Positions 60,180 through 64,000 of a stretch of 64,000 nucleotides of DNA are shown here, in pieces. The notes below the pieces were generated by a model that was not told where the DNA came from, did not search any database, and saw nothing but the letters and a program-made list of their open reading frames with translations. The position numbers were made by a program, and so were the translations under genes. The DNA comes from Candidatus Omnitrophota bacterium (GTDB lineage: Bacteria; Omnitrophota; Gorgyraeia; Gygaellales; Gygaellaceae). Where the stretch lies: NCBI GenBank assembly GCA_018400015.1, contig JAGYNB010000001.1, forward strand, positions 70,815 to 134,814. Reading direction: 5' to 3'. How positions within the stretch are numbered: the first letter of the stretch is position 1; every line of letters starts with the position of its first letter.

Positions 60180-61136
60180 ATGAAAAAGATACTAACCATA
60201 TTATTTTTAATGAGTTTTGTGTTTGTAGCCAATAGTTCTGCTTTTTGGATTTGGACACCCAAGACCAACAAGTGGGAAAATCCTAAATACAGTGTAAAGC
60301 AAAATCCTAAAGAGCATTTTGATTACGCGCTTGATTTTTACCAAAAAAAGGATTATAAACGTGCAATTGCTGAATTCAGGCGTTTGATTAAGAATTATTC
60401 CGATGCCTATGAGGCAGCAGAATCACAGTTTTATATTGGTAAATGTTATGAAGGTCTGGGTAAAGATTATGAGGCCTACAAGGCGTATCAATTGGTGATT
60501 GATAAATACCCGTTTAACAAGCGCCACGAAGAGATAATTCAGATTGAGTATGATATTGCCGAGAGGTTTATTGCCACCAAAGACGAAAGTAAGTTTTTAG
60601 GGTTGAATTTTCAGCTTGAAGACCCGGTAGTAGAGATTTTAAAGAAAATCGAGGAAAACTCTCCTTATCATAAGCTGGCAGTAAAGTCAATTTATCGGCT
60701 GGGGGTTTATTTAAAAGCAAAAGGGCTTTATTATGAAGCTCAAAAAGAGTTCGAGCTGTTGCTGGATAAATACCCTGACAGCGAATGGGTTGAACCAACA
60801 AAATTTCAGCTGGCTGAATGTTTATCTCTAGTTTCGCCTGAGGCCGAATACAGCCAGAATCTTACCCAGGAAGCAAGGAAGAAATTTGAGACTTTTGCCA
60901 AGGATCATCCGGAGGCAATACTAGGTGATTCGGCAAGGGCAAAGGTAAGCCAGTTAAAGAAAAAAGAAGCAGAAAGTAATTTTATAATCGCGCAGTTCTA
61001 TGAAAAACAAAAGGATTACGAGGCCGCCAAGGTTTATTATGATTATGTTATCGATAACTATCCGGAAAGCGATTTTGTGGCTAAGGCATTTGAGCGCATA
61101 AAAGAAATCGATAGTAAAATATCGGAGAGCAAATAA
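60180..61136 (+). CDS. bamD: Outer membrane protein assembly factor BamD-like TPR protein
   Basis: Signal peptide, repeated TPRs ending ..YP.S, QNLT..A...F..F...HP, IAQFYEK...AAK.YY; sits upstream of lptE-holA. Confidence 0.8.
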   Translation: MKKILTILFLMSFVFVANSSAFWIWTPKTNKWENPKYSVKQNPKEHFDYALDFYQKKDYKRAIAEFRRLIKNYSDAYEAAESQFYIGKCYEGLGKDYEAYKAYQLVIDKYPFNKRHEEIIQIEYDIAERFIATKDESKFLGLNFQLEDPVVEILKKIEENSPYHKLAVKSIYRLGVYLKAKGLYYEAQKEFELLLDKYPDSEWVEPTKFQLAECLSLVSPEAEYSQNLTQEARKKFETFAKDHPEAILGDSARAKVSQLKKKEAESNFIIAQFYEKQKDYEAAKVYYDYVIDNYPESDFVAKAFERIKEIDSKISESK

Positions 61137-61690
61137 TGAAATCTCTAAATAATATTGTTTTATTTTCATTAATCGTATTGATAACTGTTAGTTTAACTGC
61201 TTGTGGTTATAGCACATCGGGCGCAAATCTTCCTGCAGGGATAAAGACAATACATGTATTACCGTTTAAAAATAAAATTGACATCACATCCGAAGTGACC
61301 ACGCTTGACAGGTTCAGAAGCTATCGTCCGCTTTTGGAGGTAGATATCAGGAATGCCGTAATCGACAGGTTCCTTTTAGACGGTGCCTTAAAAATAGACG
61401 ATAGCGAAAATGCAGACTGGATTTTAGAGGGTGAATTGGCTGAGTTCAGAAAAGACGCTTTAAAATATACCTCTGATGATGAGACAGTAAAAGAATACAG
61501 GATAAACATCATAGTGAATATTTCACTTTTCGATAAAGACGGAAGAATTGTTTGGAGTGAGCCCGGATTTACCGCAGACTCAACTTACTTTACCCAAGGC
61601 GCCAATGCAAAAAGCGAAGTTACTGCCATTGACGATGCCTTGACTGATTTGGCAAGGCGCATAGTAGAAAGAGTAGTGGAAGATTGGTAA
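61136..61690 (+). CDS. lptE: LptE-family LPS assembly lipoprotein
   Basis: Lipobox LTAC-GY, LP.GIKTI.V.PF.N, AD.IL.G; syntenic with holA. Confidence 0.8.
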   Translation: MKSLNNIVLFSLIVLITVSLTACGYSTSGANLPAGIKTIHVLPFKNKIDITSEVTTLDRFRSYRPLLEVDIRNAVIDRFLLDGALKIDDSENADWILEGELAEFRKDALKYTSDDETVKEYRINIIVNISLFDKDGRIVWSEPGFTADSTYFTQGANAKSEVTAIDDALTDLARRIVERVVEDW

Positions 61691-61693
61691 GGT

Positions 61694-62338
61694 ATGAATT
61701 TTTTTATTTACGCAGATAATGCCGATTTTATAGATTTGCAGATCGATAAGATAAAAAACCACCATTGCAAGAAGTCTTCATTGGATTTTAATTTTCACAC
61801 GCTTCACGCAAACGATATCCGCAGTAAAAGAATAATAGAAGAACGCCTTTTGCAGCTTCCTTTAAACGCAAAAAAAACAGTATTAGTTATAAGGTGTACC
61901 GAACAATTAAAAAAACCGATAAAAGATTTTTTAATAAGTTATTTAAACAGGCCTTATGAGCATGTGGTTTTGGTTTTAGAAAGCTCGCAGGCGCCAGATA
62001 AGAAAGATTATTTTTTTAATAATCTGCCTAAAAGCGTCAGGGTAGTCCACGGGGAAAATAGTTTTTCCTTTAATGGCTTTGATTTATATCACGCAATTGA
62101 AAAAAATCAGCCTGCGCGGGCTTTGAAGATACTTTCTTTTTTGCTTGATAAGACAAAACCGGTTAAGTTATTAGGGGGTATGGCAGGGTATTTTGCTAAA
62201 AGGCCCCCTGCGAGGGATAAAGAACTAAAGCTTTACTTAGAATATATGCACGATGCAGATATTAGAATAAAGACCACGTCTATTGATCCAAAGCTTGTTA
62301 TGGAGCGACTGGTTTTAAGAATGTGTTTTATTAAGTAA
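61694..62338 (+). CDS. holA: DNA polymerase III delta subunit-like, short
   Basis: DFNF, LP.....VLVI, FDL..AI....A.AL..L, D..IKT...DP...ME; leuS-lptE-holA-rpsT synteny. Confidence 0.72.
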   Translation: MNFFIYADNADFIDLQIDKIKNHHCKKSSLDFNFHTLHANDIRSKRIIEERLLQLPLNAKKTVLVIRCTEQLKKPIKDFLISYLNRPYEHVVLVLESSQAPDKKDYFFNNLPKSVRVVHGENSFSFNGFDLYHAIEKNQPARALKILSFLLDKTKPVKLLGGMAGYFAKRPPARDKELKLYLEYMHDADIRIKTTSIDPKLVMERLVLRMCFIK

Positions 62339-62581
62339 TAGCTGCAGTCTGGAAGCTTTACGTGTAGCGGTATTTTTGGGAATTATGTTCTTTTTAGCAG
62401 CTTTGGCAAGTTGAGACGCTATCTTAGGTAGTAATTCTTTAGCCTCAGCTGTTTTTTTCTCATCGATCAGTTTTTTGAAAAGCTTGATTGATTTTTTGAA
62501 CTGATTCTTTATTTTTACGTTATGAGTATGTCTTTTTTTGCTTTTTCTTAATTCTTTTAAAGCTGAATATCTTTGCGGCAT
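62315..62581 (-). CDS. rpsT: 30S ribosomal protein S20
   Basis: SA.K..R.S.KR...N, KAAKKNII.KN.A.RK.SRL. Confidence 0.95.
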   Translation of the reverse strand: MPQRYSALKELRKSKKRHTHNVKIKNQFKKSIKLFKKLIDEKKTAEAKELLPKIASQLAKAAKKNIIPKNTATRKASRLQLLLNKTHS

Positions 62582-62607
62582 AATAATCTTTCCTTTCTAA
62601 GGTGTTA

Positions 62608-62636
62608 AATATAGCAGAAACTTTTTTATATGTCAA
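62608..62636 (-). promoter_or_regulatory. Putative rpsT promoter overlapping the murJ start
   Basis: On the minus strand TTGACA (62636-62631) -17 bp- (TGC)TATATT (62613-62608). Confidence 0.65.
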
Positions 62637-64000
62637 CCAATAAATCTATTCTTTTCTCAGCCTCAAGTATAACTTTCGCAACGATAATCTCGCGTATTTT
62701 CGGCTTTATCCGCGATATTATGCTGGCCGGATTCTTGGGTACGGGTATATTTGCCCAGGCATTTGTAATTGCTTTTAGGATTCCCAATCTATTAAGGACT
62801 CTTTTTGGAGAAGGTTTGGTGAATTCTGTATTTGTGCCTGTATTTTCAGGATACCTGGAAAAGAATGAGACCTCGCGTTTTTGGCATTTGAGCGTTTCAC
62901 TTTTTAAAAGGATTGTATTGATCCTGATTTTGTCAGTTATAATAGGTGTTTTTCTCATGCCGATCGTGGTAAGGCTGATCGCACCAGGTTTTATTAATGA
63001 CCCCCAAAAGCTGGGGGTGAGCATTGACCTGTCACGGTTAATGTTTCCTTATATTTTGCTGATTTCAATCGCAGTTTATTTATCTAGTATCCTAAACAGT
63101 CATAAGATATTTTTCTTACCGGCAGTAAATCCTGCCATTTTAAATATTTCTATCATAATCACATTGTTTTTATTTTCTAAACAAATAAAATACGATGTTA
63201 CGCCTTTAGGTGTTGCTGTATTGGTTGCCGGATTTTTACAGATTGTTGTGTTAATGCCAACTCTTTTTAGAAAAGGCTTCCGAATGGATTTTTTAAAAAG
63301 CAGCGATAAGGGTGAGGTTTTAGTGAGAAAGAAAATTCTTAATCTTGCTTTGCCCAGAATATTCAGCTCTGCCGTGTATCATGTAAGCGTTTTTGTAGAC
63401 ACGATTCTCGCGTCATTATCAACAATAGTAGGCGAAGGTGCGATTGCCGCAATTTATTACGCAAATAGGATTATTCAGTTTCCTCTGGCGATATTTAGTT
63501 TTGCTATCACAACGGCAGCTTTGCCGACATTGTCGCGTCAGGCTTCCGGGGCGGATTTAAGCAGTTTTAAAAGAACAGTTTCCTTTACGATAGAGAATAT
63601 TATTTTTATTCTTGCTCCCATAAGCGTGCTTTTGTTTGTTTTGGCCCGTCCTGTGATAGAGATAATATTTCAGAGGGGGGAGTTCGGGCAGTATTCTACG
63701 AATATTACCAGTAGCGTTCTGTTTTTCTATTCGTTTGGTCTGTTATTTTTTGGAGTGAGCCGAATGCTTTCAACAAGCTTTTATGCTATGCAGGATACAC
63801 TCACTCCTTTAAAAAGCGCAATCATAGCCTTGATTGTAAATGTCGTACTTGATTTAATATTAATGTTTCCTTTAGGCGTTGGCGGTCTTGCCTTGGCAAG
63901 CGCTGTTGCATCTTTTATTAATGCCGGTATGCTTTTTAGGATACTTGATAGGAGGCTAGGTTTTGGTTTGTCGGGTTTTCTAATGAGAGAGTTTATAAAA
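62630..64000 (+). CDS. murJ: Lipid II flippase MurJ (MviN), runs off the window end; absent from the ORF track
   Basis: MSTNKSIL...ISRIFGFIRD, AFVIAFRIPNLLR.LFGEG, YYANRIIQFPL, FQRGEF, FYAMQDTLTP. Confidence 0.95.
   Translation, partial: MSTNKSILFSASSITFATIISRIFGFIRDIMLAGFLGTGIFAQAFVIAFRIPNLLRTLFGEGLVNSVFVPVFSGYLEKNETSRFWHLSVSLFKRIVLILILSVIIGVFLMPIVVRLIAPGFINDPQKLGVSIDLSRLMFPYILLISIAVYLSSILNSHKIFFLPAVNPAILNISIIITLFLFSKQIKYDVTPLGVAVLVAGFLQIVVLMPTLFRKGFRMDFLKSSDKGEVLVRKKILNLALPRIFSSAVYHVSVFVDTILASLSTIVGEGAIAAIYYANRIIQFPLAIFSFAITTAALPTLSRQASGADLSSFKRTVSFTIENIIFILAPISVLLFVLARPVIEIIFQRGEFGQYSTNITSSVLFFYSFGLLFFGVSRMLSTSFYAMQDTLTPLKSAIIALIVNVVLDLILMFPLGVGGLALASAVASFINAGMLFRILDRRLGFGLSGFLMREFIK

Noticed and set aside
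62626-63024. 132-aa minus-strand ORF in the track
   Set aside because: Antisense shadow of murJ, which starts at 62630 on + and has clear MurJ motifs.

Overview
AT-rich bacterial chromosomal segment, densely coding and almost all on the + strand. The organism is diderm (BamD, LptE, TolC, porins, MurJ). Gene style suggests Candidatus Omnitrophota or a similar lineage; this is an impression, not a search result. Most of the window is housekeeping: era, purH, folC, mnmE, folE, a full pho/pst regulon, accA, leuS, comEA/comEC, bamD-lptE-holA, rpsT, murJ and two tRNAs. I saw no CRISPR array, integrase, transposase or rRNA. The most unusual element is an ~11 kb apparent operon at 41638-52567. It encodes an acyl-CoA ligase, a divergent nucleoside phosphorylase, an MtnA-type isomerase plus a half-size paralog lacking the catalytic residues, a cobalamin-binding radical SAM enzyme, a class II aldolase fused to an SCP2 lipid-binding domain, and an MMPL/LolA-like/outer-membrane barrel transport module. 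This looks like the 5'-deoxyadenosine/MTA 'DHAP shunt' chemistry adapted to a lipid-linked substrate. Other points of interest: a MoxR-DUF58 locus in which the usual transglutaminase is replaced by coiled-coil and Ig-repeat proteins; an ATP-grasp + KamA pair ahead of an EF-G paralog and a YchF lacking its P-loop; two orphan ORFs behind Pho boxes; and a cryptic ~130-codon ORF after tRNA-Ala broken by two poly-A frameshifts. All family calls are from motif recognition by eye.
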